Under the pieces are notes generated by a model, which worked only from the letters and a program-made list of their open reading frames with translations, did no database searches and was not told the DNA's origin. Position numbers and translations under genes: made by a program. Of a stretch of 64,000 nt of DNA, positions 37,066 through 49,358 are shown in pieces. Numbering within the stretch: the first letter of the stretch is position 1; each line of letters opens with the position of its first letter. Origin of the DNA: Mobula hypostoma (Eukaryota); assembly GCF_963921235.1 (NCBI RefSeq), contig NC_086097.1:127536001-127600000 (forward strand), read 5' to 3'.

Positions 37066-37877
37066 AACATCAGAGGAAACATCAGTGTAATTTTTCAAGA
37101 TAATCTTTTTATTTGCATATTATTCAAATGCATTTTAAAAACTGTTGTTAAAACACTGCGTTGAATGATTACACCAAACTCAATCTTTATGTAAGCACAT
37201 AAAAATTTACACAATGGCTTGACTCTGCAAGAGCACTACGTTGAGAGCTTTCTTCCCCGTGTTGCTCCGAGTTTTTCATGTAATATACAGTGTATAAAAC
37301 TAAATGAAGCATTTGACGTGCCGCTCAGAATAATGCAGCAATACATTGATACTGAATGGTGATTTCAGCTTCTCTAATGATGAGGGATACAGGGAAATGT
37401 GGAGTGTCACCCAGCTCCTGATGTGCTGCGGACTTGTCACTTTCCACCAGCCTATTCTAGTCAACAAATCCCAGCTACTCTAATGAGGTGCTTATCCTGG
37501 TCCAACTTCTCAGGTTTATTGCACTCCTGTGTGTACTTTCTCTGTTGAATGCTGGCAATTCTAAATTACCTACTATTAATATGAATGCACTGCTGTCACA
37601 GATGTCAGATTGTGGGGGTGATTTGCCCTCTGAAGGTAGTTACGACATCATCTTTCTCCAGTTGATGTAGTGGATAGCTGAGTAATTAGAACAATTACTC
37701 ATCACTGTCTGTCAGAGTAGATCAGATCAGTCCCCTGACTGCTGTACTAACCTAGACCTGCACAGAGTAGATTATTTAAAGTAATCGTCAACTTTCACTT
37801 GGAAGTGCCCGTGTGCGGCTCCTGATAATCACAAATTCCTCTGCTTTTGCAGCTGCCTTCGCCTTGTTTGTTCCACG

Positions 37878-38055
37878 TCATTAGGTATATTTAAGGCGGA
37901 GGTTAATAGATTCTCGATTCATCAGGGCATGAAGGGATACAGGGAGAGGGCAGGAGACTGGGGCTGAGAGGGAAATGGATCAGGATGATGAGATGGTGGA
38001 GCAGACTCAATGGGCCAAATGGCCTAATTCTGCTCCTATACCTTGTAGTCTTATA
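37878..38055 (+). mobile_element. CR1 3' tail
   Basis: tcattaggtatatttaaggcggag..ggagcagactcaatgggccaaatggcctaattctgctcc. Confidence 0.8.
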
Positions 38056-38205
38056 TTCACCTCCTGTGAGGTTGAGGATGAGTTATTTTAAGGTGCATGT
38101 TATTTCTGGCATGATTAGCCTGGCCTTTCTGTCACATTGACGGATGGAATTCCAGCTGTGGTACATCAGAGATCATTCAAAAGATTGAAGTTTAAATCGG
38201 AGAAA

Positions 38206-38421
38206 CACACATCAAAGTTGCTGGTGAACGCAGCAGGCCAAGCAGCATCTCTAGGAAGAGGTGCAGTCGACGTTTCAGGCCGAGACCCTTCGTCAGGACT
38301 AACTGAAGGAAGAGTGAGTAAGGGATTTGAAAGTTGGAGGGGGAGGGGGAGATCCAAAATGATAGAAGAAGACAGGAGGGGGAGGGATGGTTCCAGCATC
38401 TGCAGAATTCCTGTTGTTTGC
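38206..38421. mobile_element. Penelope pLTR insertion with inversion (family of 13278-13591)
   Basis: Minus fragment 38206-38390 plus short plus-strand 3' end; 16-bp TSD GTTTAA(A/G)TCGGAGAAA (38190-38205 / 38422-38437). Confidence 0.82.
38265..38300 (-). ncRNA. Minimal type I hammerhead ribozyme, intact core
   Basis: Reverse complement: agtc CTGACGA agggtctcggcct GAAAC GTC gact. Confidence 0.8.
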
Positions 38422-38629
38422 GTTTAAGTCGGAGAAATGGGTTGGATCATGTAGGACCTGCCCTGCTTCCTGGAATCATGGACAGTGGTAATTGTTCACC
38501 CCTACATTCTTTCTCCAGATTCAGAGAATGCAGTCTGGTTCTGTACTTGAAGATAACCAAGAATCTTCCCAACACATTGGCACTTGCTTTGCAAGATGAC
38601 TTATTGTCTTTTAACACTTAAGAATAAAC

Positions 38630-39165
38630 TGGTAATATTGCAGTCATTTCTGTTTGCCCCATTATAGGAAGGATGTATAAGCTTTGGAGAGGGTGCAGAT
38701 GAGGTTTATAGGATGCTGCCTGAATTAGAAAGGATCTGCTATGAGGGGCAGTTTAACAAAACTTGGGTTACTTTCTCAGGAGCTGCAAAGGATAAGGGGA
38801 GACCTGATGGAAGTTTGTAAGATTATGACAGGCATAGATAGAATAGCTAGCTGGTAGATATCTTTATCCCTGGATTGTGAAGTCTAATACTTGAGACATT
38901 TAAGGTGAAAGGAGGTAAAGATGTTTGGGACAGGTTTTTTTTTTACATAGAGAATGATGGGTGTCTGAAATACGTTTCCAGGGGTGGTAGTGGAGACAGA
39001 GACCATAGAGGCTTTAAAAGGGTCTCATACAGGAAACATGGATGTGAAGAGAATGGAAGGATATGGACATTACGTATGTAGGCAAAAGGGATTATTTTAG
39101 TAGGACATTTACTTAGTTTGGCAAAATGTCATGGGTGACAGGCCTGTCGCTCTGCTGTAGAAATA
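38630..39165 (+). mobile_element. CR1 3' fragment
   Basis: Similar to 7500-8050. Confidence 0.8.
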
Positions 39166-39549
39166 AAGAAACAAAAAAGGAAAGGCACGTTAACTGTATC
39201 GGTAGAGACTGTGGTTGTAGATTAGTGCAACTGGGAAGGGACAGTGGAACGATTGATCTACAACTGCAGAGGGCCCTCTGTACCCGTGAGCCTTCTATCG
39301 AGGAGGAGAGAGTGCCAAGGGGTGAAAGGGACGGAGATAGCAAGTCCTAAGCAAACACACAAGGAAACTCTGAATGACATTTGGGAGCCCAATACTCTCA
39401 AAGGATCAGGAACTGTTTTAATTGCTTTTGATTGTCAAATGGATTTGTAAATTTAAAAAAACAATTAATAGCACATTCAAGTACTAACAAATAACTATAA
39501 ACATTAAAACTGATTACAATAACAAGTACTTCCTTGCACTTATTTTATT

Positions 39550-39826
39550 TTACTTCGAGATACAGAGAGGAACAGACCCTTCTGGCCAACTGAGCCTCAC
39601 TTTTTAACGTTAGTCTAATCACAGGACAATTTACAATGAATAATTAACCTACTAACTGGGGAGTCTTTGGGCTGTGGAAGGAAACCGGAGCATTCTGCAG
39701 AAAACCACGCGCTCCATGGGGAGAATGTACAAAGTCCCTACAGATGGTACCTGAACTGAACTCTGAACCCCGTAATGCTCCGAGCTGTAATAGTGCACGC
39801 TAACCGCCATGCTACTGTGGCACCCC
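39550..39826 (-). mobile_element. V-SINE
   Basis: tRNA-like head ggggtgccacagtagcatggcggttagc on -; V-like motif ggaaaccggagca..aaaaccacgcg..catggggagaatgtacaaa. Confidence 0.75.
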
Positions 39827-40234
39827 GGTTATCTGAAGGGCAATAGTTTATTTGGGTGAATGTGATACTTTCCCTTGTGTCTGCCCCACTTAGCTGAGGG
39901 ATAAATGCAAAAATAGTAACATAATTGGAGATCTGCCTTGTCATCACTGTCTCCTCCTCTACCTTCTCCAGCCCCAAACTCTCTCAGGGCAGGTCATGTC
40001 ATGCTAACTATGCCAATGTTAAATATCATTGAGGTAACATTAAGGGGAAATGCCAATGTAGTGGGAGTTTCATGTCCCAGATCAGCGTGGTCTCCAGTCT
40101 TTGTTAATGTTAGTGGATGGAATTCTTATCTTTGGGCAAAGTGTTCTGATTGTCACCCAGGCTGGAATTATTGCATTATTGCAGGTACCATCTTGTTGGT
40201 GGAATTGTTCAAAGCATTACTCTAACAGCTGTAT

Positions 40235-40395
40235 CGTTGGACTTGTTGGATTGCTGAAGATGCCACATTGTTAGAGCTGTTGCATTGTTGGAGGTGTTGC
40301 ATTTTGTAAATTATGTATTATAGCTGATGCTGCATAAATAGAGGTGCTGCATTGTTGGGAGTTATGCATTGTTGGCTTTGCCTGTTGGAGGTAAT
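40235..40395 (+). repeat. Degenerate ~17-bp tandem repeat (tgttggaggtgctgcat)
   Basis: Several diverged units directly upstream of a DeuSINE body. Confidence 0.6.
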
Positions 40396-40399
40396 ATTA

Positions 40400-40690
40400 T
40401 ACTGCTCTGTCAGATACCTGTTAGAGATCCCGTGATATGTTTTTCAAAGGAAAGCAGGGGAGTTTTCTATAGGGCCCTGATCTAAATTAACCCCTCACTA
40501 AAACATCAAAAACACTTCTAATTTTCTGATCTTTGTTACATTCCTTCTGCTGGGGTTTTGCTGTGTCTGCAAATTGGTTACTGATTTCTATTTTCCAACC
40601 AGCACTACACTTCAGAACTACTTCATGGGTTGTAAATTGCTTTGTGATCTCCTCAGGATTTGAATGGTGGCCATAGAATTTCAGGACTTC
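40400..40690 (+). mobile_element. DeuSINE body and tail
   Basis: agatccc..ggaaagcaggggagtt..caaattgg..actacacttcagaactacttcatgggttgtaaattgctttg. Confidence 0.65.
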
Positions 40691-40864
40691 TTTTGTAGAA
40701 AATAGAAAAGTTATGTTTTTGATATGATATTTAAAAATGGTATGTTTTTGCAAAATATCTGCTGTAGTTGAACTATAATTTTAGTAGAATGCCCCCAAAC
40801 CAAAGAACATTGTTTGATCAGGGACAAGAGTGTTTAAACTGCACAATTATGTTATACAATTAGG

Positions 40865-41925
40865 CCCATATCTGGGCCTCTGTACCTCCCTTTGCAACTG
40901 GATCCTTGACTTCCACCAGGGGACCACAGTCTGTGTGGATCAGAAAGAACTTCCGTTTACTGATGGTCAACACTGGTACACCTCAAGGATGTGTGCTTAG
41001 CCTACTGTTCTGCTCCCTCAACACCAATGATTGTGTGGCTAGGCACAGTACAAACACCATCCATAAATTTGCTGATGACACAACTATTGTTGGCAGAATT
41101 TCAGATGGTGATGAGGAGCAGTACAGGAGCAAGATAGATCAGCTAGCTGAGTGGTGTCGCAGCAACAATCTTGCACTCAGTGTCAGTAACACCAAGGAGC
41201 TGATGTGGACTTCAGGGAAGGAAGTTGAGGGAGCGCACACAAGTTCTTATCGAGGGATCAGAAGTGACAATGGTGAGAAGTTTCAAGCTCCTGGGTGTTA
41301 ACATCTCTGAGGATGTATCCTGGATCCAGCATATTGATGTTTATAAAAAAGGAATGACAGAAGCCACATTTATTCAGGAGTCTGAGGAGAATTGGTGTGT
41401 CAGCAAGCACCCTTGCAGATTTCTATAGATGTATCATGGAAGATATTCTAACTGGTTGCATCACCCTCTGGTATGAAGGGGTTACCTCACTGGATCGGAA
41501 AAAGCTGCTGAAAGTTGTAAAGTCAGCCAGGTCTATCATAGGCACTAGTCTCCCCAGCATCAAAGACACCTTCGAAAGGAGACGCTCAAAAAGACAGCGT
41601 CCATCACTAAGAACACCCATCACCCAGGACATGCCATCTTCTCATTACGACCATCAAGGAGGAAGTACAGGAGCTGGAATACACACACTCAACATTTTAG
41701 GAACATCTTCTTCCCCTCCACCATTAGATTTCCAAATGAGTAACAAACCCATGAACACTCCTCTCTTTTTGCACTACTTGTTTAATTTAGTTTTTATATA
41801 CAGTATACTTATTGTAATTTACTGTTCTTATTGTTATGCATTGCAATGTACTGCTGCCGCAAAACAAATTTCATGACATACTGTATGCCCCAGTGATATC
41901 AAACCTGATTTCTGAGTCTGATTCT
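40865..41925 (+). mobile_element. Rex1/Babar LINE RT to 3' end
   Basis: [40 protein letters not shown]. Confidence 0.88.
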
Positions 41926-42639
41926 CATTCAATGCCTTTGCCACTGGCATTTGCATAGGCTTCCAACACATAATGATAGCAACCTTGTCTCTCTAATATC
42001 TCTGCTTCATTCATTTCTAATTTTGAACAGTGCACTAATTGAGTTGCAGTATTTTGCTGAATCCACAAAACAAACCCAATTTAGTTAATGTCATAATTAA
42101 TTTGCTGGCATCTTTTACCCAGCAAGACCATCAGTTTTAATGGGGAGATATTCATGGAGGTTGTGCTTTGGAGAGGAGGCTTGAGTCCAAGTCCTTCTAA
42201 AGTGCCCCTGGCATGAAGTATGCTTAGGGTGCTCGTTTGCCTCAATGCCTCCCGTCCTGCTGGAGCACCACTATCATAAAGCATTTGAGCAATGGAGAGA
42301 GAATTCGATGTAAGATCAATTGAAGACTGCTTCATTAAATAGCTGCTATAACTAGTGCCTAATTAACTTGGTTTAGCATAATGATCTATTTGCTTTGCTC
42401 ATATATTACCCACCTGTCTTGGATCATTTTACAGTGCATGGTATTTTGCCATGAGCTTGCCTCTTCTTTTTCTTTTCCACCATGTTATACTTGTAAGTCT
42501 ATTTCTACGCATGTGTGACTTGGAAGGAAATTTCATCCCCGATGATCTTTCTCAAACCTCTGTAACACAGACGAGAAGTTCAGATGAGTTGCAATCAATG
42601 CCAAGATTCAGTAAAGTGAACTAGATATGGTTGAAAAGG

Positions 42640-43450
42640 AATTCAAAGATTCAAAGTACATGTATTATCAAAGTTTGTATGCAGTGTACAACCCTGAGAT
42701 TCGTCTTTCCACAGACGGCCGTGAAACAAAGATACGCCATGGAACCCGTTCAAAGAAAACATCAAACACTCAACGCGCGTGAAAAAGAACAAATTGTGCA
42801 AATGGCAAAAATGACGGAAAGACACAAAATATAAAATATCAAACCATAATGTCATTGAAGCAGTCTAAGAATGTCCTGTTCAGCAGTTCAAGTTCAGCGC
42901 TGTTTTTTTTGGTGACTGTAGGCTGCAGAGCTAGTCCGTTCTGATCAAAATCGCACAACATCGAAGGATATATAAATGCAGATGAGCTTGGGAAAGAGCA
43001 GTGGGAAGAGTAAAAGTTCAAATTTATTGCTATGGGCAAGCACTCCCAGGGCATAAATGCCACGAATGTTAGCTTTCTACAGCAGCATCAGCATTTTACA
43101 TTAAAAACATGACAAACATCAATTACATAAACACAATATACATAAGTTACATGTGATTTGCATGACAAACTAAACACAAAAATAATAGCATTAGTACAAG
43201 TTGAGGAGAATATCATCTGAGATAGAATTATGAATTTTCGGGTGAGTTCAAGAACTTGGCAGCAGTGGGGAAGAAGCTGTTTTTGAACCTTGAGGTACAG
43301 GTCTTCAGGCTCCTGTACCCCTTGCCTGAAAGTAGCAATGAAAAATCACTAGAATGGTGGGGGCCTTCATGATGGATAGCTCCTTCCTGAGACATGTCCT
43401 CGATGAAGGGGGGAGCTGTACCTGTGATGTAAATGGCTGAGCCCTTCACT
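42640..43450 (-). mobile_element. Rex1/Babar 3' fragments
   Basis: ORF 43228-43449 (SLLLSGKGYRSLK..RFKNSFFP); ttcaaag-type tails. Confidence 0.65.
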
Positions 43451-43974
43451 CAGATTTACAGACAAGAATATAGTTTATCTTTTTTTCAAGAAGGGGAGTT
43501 GTTGTGGCATTTAATAGGGGTATTCCTTGGCCACTCAGTTAGTCACTCCTACATGGGAGGAGTTCATATATTGTACAATCAGCATTATCCATAAAGTTTA
43601 TCTGAGGATCCTGCATGCTGCTGTCCCAGTGTGCTCTGCACTATCCCTCAATATCGAATGCAGCATGTATTACACCTCACTCCTTCCTCAAATACTGCTT
43701 TGAAAACCTTAAACCTAAGAAAATTTGTTCATCTAAGATACTGACTGGATTTGCTTTCCATGCTGCTTGACCATCTGAGTTCTTTCTATTTTTGCTACAT
43801 GCTTTGCTTTTTGGTTTTCAGTTGCCTTGAAGCTCTGTTTTATTTTGATACAAGAGACTGGAAACTTCCAGTTTTCTGGAATTTCATTTAAATTATGCAA
43901 TCCAGAGTGAGTAGGAAAATCAGAGTGAACTAGTCATTCCAGTCAGCTCTAAGCCTTTCAACTTTTATACTTGA

Positions 43975-45025
43975 TCGTCCTCCACCATCAACGCTGCTCT
44001 CATCCACATCTCTTCCGTTTTGTGAACATCTGCCCTCATTGCATCCTCCTGCCACCCTACAACAGGGATAGGGTTCCTCTTGTACTCATCTGCCACCCCA
44101 TCAGCCTCCACCATCTCAACACGATCCCAACAGCAAACACATCTTTCCCTCCCCCCCAACTTTCCACTTTCCGCATGGATCACTTCTTACGCGACTCCCT
44201 TGTCCGCTTGTCCTTCCCCACTGATCTCCCTCCTGGTACTTATCCTTGCAAGTGGAACAAGTGCTACACCTGCCCCTACACCTCCTCCCTCACTACCATT
44301 CAGGGCCCCAAACAGTCCTTCTAGGTGAGGCAACATTTCACCTGTGAGACTGTTGGGGTCATACTGCATCCAATGCTCCCAGTGTGGCCTCCTGTATATC
44401 GGTGAGACCTGTTGTAGATTAGGATACGGCTTTGTTGAGCACCTATGCTCCATCCTCCAGAAAAAGCAGGATGTCCTGGTAGCCGCTTATTTCAATTTCC
44501 CATTGCGACGTGCCAGTCCCTGTCCTCCTCTACTTCCACAATGAGGCCACACTCAGGTAGGGGGAGCAACACCTTATATTCCATCCGGTAGCCCCCAACC
44601 TGATAGCATGAACATCAATTGGAGCCCCTTCTCCCCCTCCTTCAATACTCCCCATTTCTATTTCACTCTCTCATCTTACCTGTCCATCACCTCCCTCTGG
44701 AGCTCCTCCGCCTTCCATTTCTTCCATGATCTTCTATCCTCTCCCATCAGATTTCCCCTTCTCCATCCCTTTACCTCTTCCACCAACTTCCCAGCTCTTT
44801 ACTTCACCCCTCCTCCTCTCCTGGTTTCACCTATCACCTACCACCTTGTACTTCTTCCTCATCTCCCTCCATCTTCTTACTCTGACTTCTCCTCTTTCTT
44901 TCCCATCCTGATGAAGGGTTTCAGCCCGAAACGACAGCTGTTTATCCTTTTCCAAAGATGCTGCCAGATTCCTCCAGCATTTTGTATGCTTTGGATCTCC
45001 AGTATCTGCAGATTTTCTCTTTTTT
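43975..45025 (+). mobile_element. Penelope-like element 3' part (GIY-YIG endonuclease remnant plus pLTR)
   Basis: RDRVPLVL..RDSLVR..YPCKWNKCYTC; YCIQCSQCGLLYIGET..EHL; hammerhead-like ctgatgaagggtttcagcccgaaacg at 44908. Confidence 0.88.
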
Positions 45026-45579
45026 CTTGTACTCTATCTAATTGCCCGTCTATTACCGGGTTGGGGAAAAGCTATCCTTTAAATTTGTCACTGCACCATT
45101 GATTACATAACATAGTAACTGAGGAAAAACCAAGTGTTCAAGATTAACATTTAGAATACAATTAATCTTATTTTTGGAAAATATATCCTTCAGTAATATC
45201 AATTACAGCAAAGAGATGAGGGGACAGGCCACTTGATGATTACAGAGATAGGGTTCAATGAAAATAGATGAAGCTTATTAAGAATTAACAGTTCTTTACA
45301 TTTCACTGCTGGAACAGATTTACTGCTAACATTTTATTTACTGCTACAACATGACCACCTCTTGAGAACGATGATTTTAGTGCTGCGTGAGAGCTGGAAA
45401 ACCTTCTTGACATGTAGCAAGCACTCATTATCGCTGATAGAATGGTCATGAATTCAGATTTCCTCACGAGTCACAGACCGAACTTTGATTGTAAAATATT
45501 CTGGCAGCACTTCTGGCAAAGTGGCTGCAAAAGACAATGACAGAGGCCCGAACAAAAAAGATTCCTCCTTTCCTTTCTC

Positions 45580-46600
45580 CTATTCCACATTTAAGTTTGC
45601 TGATGACACCACTGTCGTCGGCCGAATCAAAGGTGTATTAGCATACGAGAAGGAGATTGAAAATCTGGCTGGCTGGTGCCTCAACAATACCGTCTCACTC
45701 AATGTCAGCAAGACGAAGGAGCTGATTATTGACTTCAGGAGGGGAAAACTGGAAATCAACGAGTCAGTCCTCATCGGAGGATCAGACGTGGAGACGATCA
45801 GTAATTTTAAATTGCTCATTGTAAATGCCATTAGAAATAAAGCGTGGCAGAGCCTCTACTTAGAAGTTTGTGAAGATTGGACATATCATATAAAACTTTG
45901 ACAAACTTCTATAGATGTATAGTGGAAAGTATATTAACTGACTGCATCACTGTCTGGTGTGGAAAGACCAATGCCTTGAATGGAAAAGCCTACAGAAAGT
46001 AGTGGATGCAGCCCAGTCCATCCCAGGTAAAGCCCTCCCCCACCACTGAGTACATCTACAGTGCAGGAAAACAGCATCCATCACCAAGGAGCCCTACGAT
46101 CCAGGCCATGCTCTCTTTAACGCTGCTGCCATTAGGAAGAAGGTACAGGAGCTTCAGACCCACACTACTAGGTTCAGGAACAGTTCTTAGACCTCAGCTA
46201 TCAGGCTCTTGAACCAGAGGTAATAACTTCACTCAACCACTCATCCCATCACTGAACTGTTCCCACAACCTGTGGACTCACTCTCAAGGACACATCACCT
46301 CATGTTCTCGATATTTATTGCTTACTTATTTCTTTCTTCTTCTTCTTCTTCTCCTTTCTTTTTTTTCCTTCTTTTTGTACTTGCACAGTTTGTGGTCTTT
46401 TGCATGGTTGCTATCTGTCCTGTTGGGTCCGAGCTTTCAGTGATTGCAGTATCTGCAGATTTTCTCTTGTTTGTTCTTTCATTTATTCTGTTGTGTTTCT
46501 TGTACTTGCTTTGATGCTGACAAGAAAGTGAATCTCAGGGTTGAATATGATGACATATATGTACTTTGATAATAAAATTTACTTTGAACTTTGAACTTTT
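45580..46600 (+). mobile_element. Rex1/Babar LINE RT to 3' end
   Basis: KFADDTTVVG..LNVSKTKELIIDFR; (TTTGAAC)n tail. Confidence 0.85.
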
Positions 46601-46749
46601 TTTCTATTTCTTTATAACTTTATCTCCATTCTGTCTTTATCAGCCCTCTTTCATCTTTTTACATTCACTGCCTTTCCATATTTCATTCTTTTCTCTGTCA
46701 TAGTTCTTTACTTTCCCTTTCATCTCCTTTCTTTTGCTTTGTCTGTTTT

Positions 46750-46890
46750 TCTCTCTGATTCTCACCTTCTCTCTCTCTCTATCACTCACTCTCACTCCTA
46801 CTCTCATTCTCACTCTCACTCTCTCTCGCAGTCTCTCACTCTCTCACTCTCTCCTCACTCTCGCTTTTTGTCTCTTTCTCTCTTTCTCTC
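46750..46890. repeat. CT/CTCA microsatellite
   Basis: Direct inspection. Confidence 0.85.
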
Positions 46891-47049
46891 TAGGATAGCT
46901 TTAATTATTGGCTCACTTGCTTTCAAATAATTTCATGAATTTTTCTTTGAACATGTATTTCCTTTCCGCTTCTTCAGGCTGTGAGAAGCTGGGATGTTTA
47001 TTTTCCTGGAAGGTAAACTGTATTGTGGACATTGTAGAGACTTGCGAAA

Positions 47050-47497
47050 AAAAGGCCACACTCAGGATGGAGGAGCAACACCTTATATTCTGTCTGGGTA
47101 ACCTCCAACCTGATGGCCTGAATACTGATGTTTTTCCTCTCTCTCCTCTCTTCCTCTTTTCCCCACTCTGGCCTCTCACCACTTCTCACCTGCCTGTCAC
47201 TTCTCCCTGGGTCCCCTCCTCCTTCCTTTTCCTCTGCGGTCCCCTCTCCTCTCCTATCAGATTCTTTCGTCTCCGGCCCTTTACCTTTCCCACACACTCT
47301 GCTTCACCTATCACCTTCCAGCTAGCCTCCTCCCTCCTCACACCTTCTGGTGTCTTCCCTCTTCTTTTCCAATCCTGAAGAGGGTCCCAGCCCCAATTGT
47401 TGACTATTATTTTCCATAGATGCTGCCTGACCTGCTGAGTTCCTTCAGTATTTTGTGTGAATTGCTTTGGATTTCTAGCATCTTCAGAATTTATCAT
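47050..47497 (+). mobile_element. Penelope 3' fragment/pLTR
   Basis: Similar to 44545-45025; degenerate hammerhead at 47375. Confidence 0.8.
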
Positions 47498-48209
47498 GAA
47501 TAAATTTCATCCTGTTAAGTAAGCACTTGTACTAATTGGGATAAAATAAGTTCAATTGGGAATTAAACGAATTATAAATTGGGTTGAGTTTTTGTCATCT
47601 CCCTGTGGCGTCTGGTTACAGTAGCATTACAAATTATTTATGGACTAAAAGGTGTTTGTTAGCTGTGATGTCATGCTGACGTGATGGCTTTGGAGTCTGC
47701 AATTTTCAGCAGATGGGAAATGGCAACGTTCCAATACAACAGTATCTATTTTCACAGCACTTTGAAATGATATCCCTCAATTTACCTTCAGACAGTTGTA
47801 AGTTAATGCTCTCGAGCACCGTGGCCTGAATTCAACCTGAGAAATAGTGCCATTGAACACAGTTAATTTACCAATACTCAGATAGCCAAGCTGAACACTA
47901 ATAGATAGCTGGCTTTCCCTGCCCTTCAGTTTAGAGGTTCTATCAAGACCACAAAACACCAATGGAGGTACCGATTGCATAGTACATTGACCACAGTACT
48001 TCATGCACAGGTATGTCCAGTGCTAGCATCCCAAATTCAAATCTCATTTCACAGTTCGAAGGGACATGAGTCGACTGAACTTTCTGAGTAATTATTTCAT
48101 CACAGTTTGGAACTGCCCCATTTAATTTGGTTCTGGATTGAGCACTATTAAAACTAATTCTCTATGGCAGCGCCATTCTACACAAAGATCATTGTCTTTG
48201 TGAAACTTA

Positions 48210-48555
48210 GAATAAAAGTGAGGTATATAAAACGATAAAGGGTGTAGGTGGGGTAGAATGCAGGAAAATATTCCACATAGAAAAGGGAGACAGAACTCCA
48301 GGACATAGTTTTGGGGAAGAGGTAAGAGTTTTAGAGGAGATCTGAAGGTGACATTTTCCACCCAGTGAGTGGAGAGTATTTGAAATGAGAATGGTGGCAG
48401 CAGAATCATTGACAGTGTGTCTGGGTGAGCACTTGAATCACCCAGGCATAGATACTAGAGGCCAAGTGCTAGAAGATGGGACTAATTATGGATCTGTTCT
48501 TAATTGTCTGTGTAGATGTGGTGGGTCGAATAGCCTGTTTCCATTTTGTTAGACT
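48210..48555 (+). mobile_element. Old CR1 3' fragment
   Basis: gaggtatataaaa..ggagatctgaagg..cacccag..gggtcgaatagcctgtttcc. Confidence 0.65.
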
Positions 48556-48559
48556 TTAC

Positions 48560-48788
48560 AGGGGAGGGAAACGTCGACTCAGACCATGAGAGGCTGCGTC
48601 GGGCATTTTCATGCCTTACAAGGCACAGATTGGAAGTCTGTGTGGGGCGCCACTTCTTGCACAGACTAGAGCAATGTGTGATTAAGTGCCTTGCTCAAGG
48701 GCACAAACACACTGCCACAGCTGAGGCTCGAACTAGCGACCTTCAGATCACTAGACAAACGCCTTAACCACTTGGCCACGTGCCCAGC
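48560..48788 (-). mobile_element. tRNA(Thr-like)/CORE-like SINE with a different tail from the 19047 copy
   Basis: Reverse complement head ggcacgtggccaagtggttaaggcgtttgtctagtgatctgaaggtcgctagttcgagcc; cccttgagcaaggcacttaa. Confidence 0.8.
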
Positions 48789-48924
48789 ACAAACATTACG
48801 ACTCCATAACAATAATGGATGTGATTATTTAAGAAGCACTACAATAGTCCCTAGAATAATTTGTTGGTTTGCAAATAATCTCACTATGAATTTGTTCTCT
48901 GCTGTTTGTGATTGCTCATCTTAG

Positions 48925-49210
48925 ATCATAAAAACATAAGATATGTGAGCAGAATTAGGCCATTCAGCCCATTGAATCTGTTCTGCCATTCAAACATGTT
49001 TTTTTCAACCACATTCTTCTGTTTTCTTATTGCGACCCCTAAACCCCTCCCCAATACCAGTCAATAAGTCTGTTTATCTCTGCCTTAAATGTGCCCAATG
49101 ATTTGGCCTCCACAGCCCTCTGTTGCAATGAATTCCACTGATTTCTCAGTTCTAAAGGGCCAAGTCTTTATTCTGAGGTTTTCTCCTCAGATCCTCAACT
49201 CTGCTACTAA
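48925..49210 (-). mobile_element. Older CR1 3' end (probably continues at about 51490-51660)
   Basis: Tail cataaaaacataagat..gcagaattaggccattcagccc. Confidence 0.7.
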
Positions 49211-49358
49211 TAGGTTAGTAGGTTAATTGGTCATTGTAAATTGTCCTGTAATGAGGGTAGTGTTGAATAGGTAGGTTGCTGGGTGGTGAGGCTCATTGGA
49301 CCAGAAGGGCCTGTACCATGCTACCTCTCTAAATAAAAACAAACAAACAAATAAATAA

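Noticed and set aside
44608..45102. 164-aa Ser/Pro/Phe-rich ORF
   Set aside because: Pyrimidine-rich Penelope pLTR; same for the ORFs at 46908 and 53863
48710..48788. tRNA-Thr gene
   Set aside because: Anticodon and acceptor stems are imperfect and it continues into a SINE body; same for 19052 and 54940-55008
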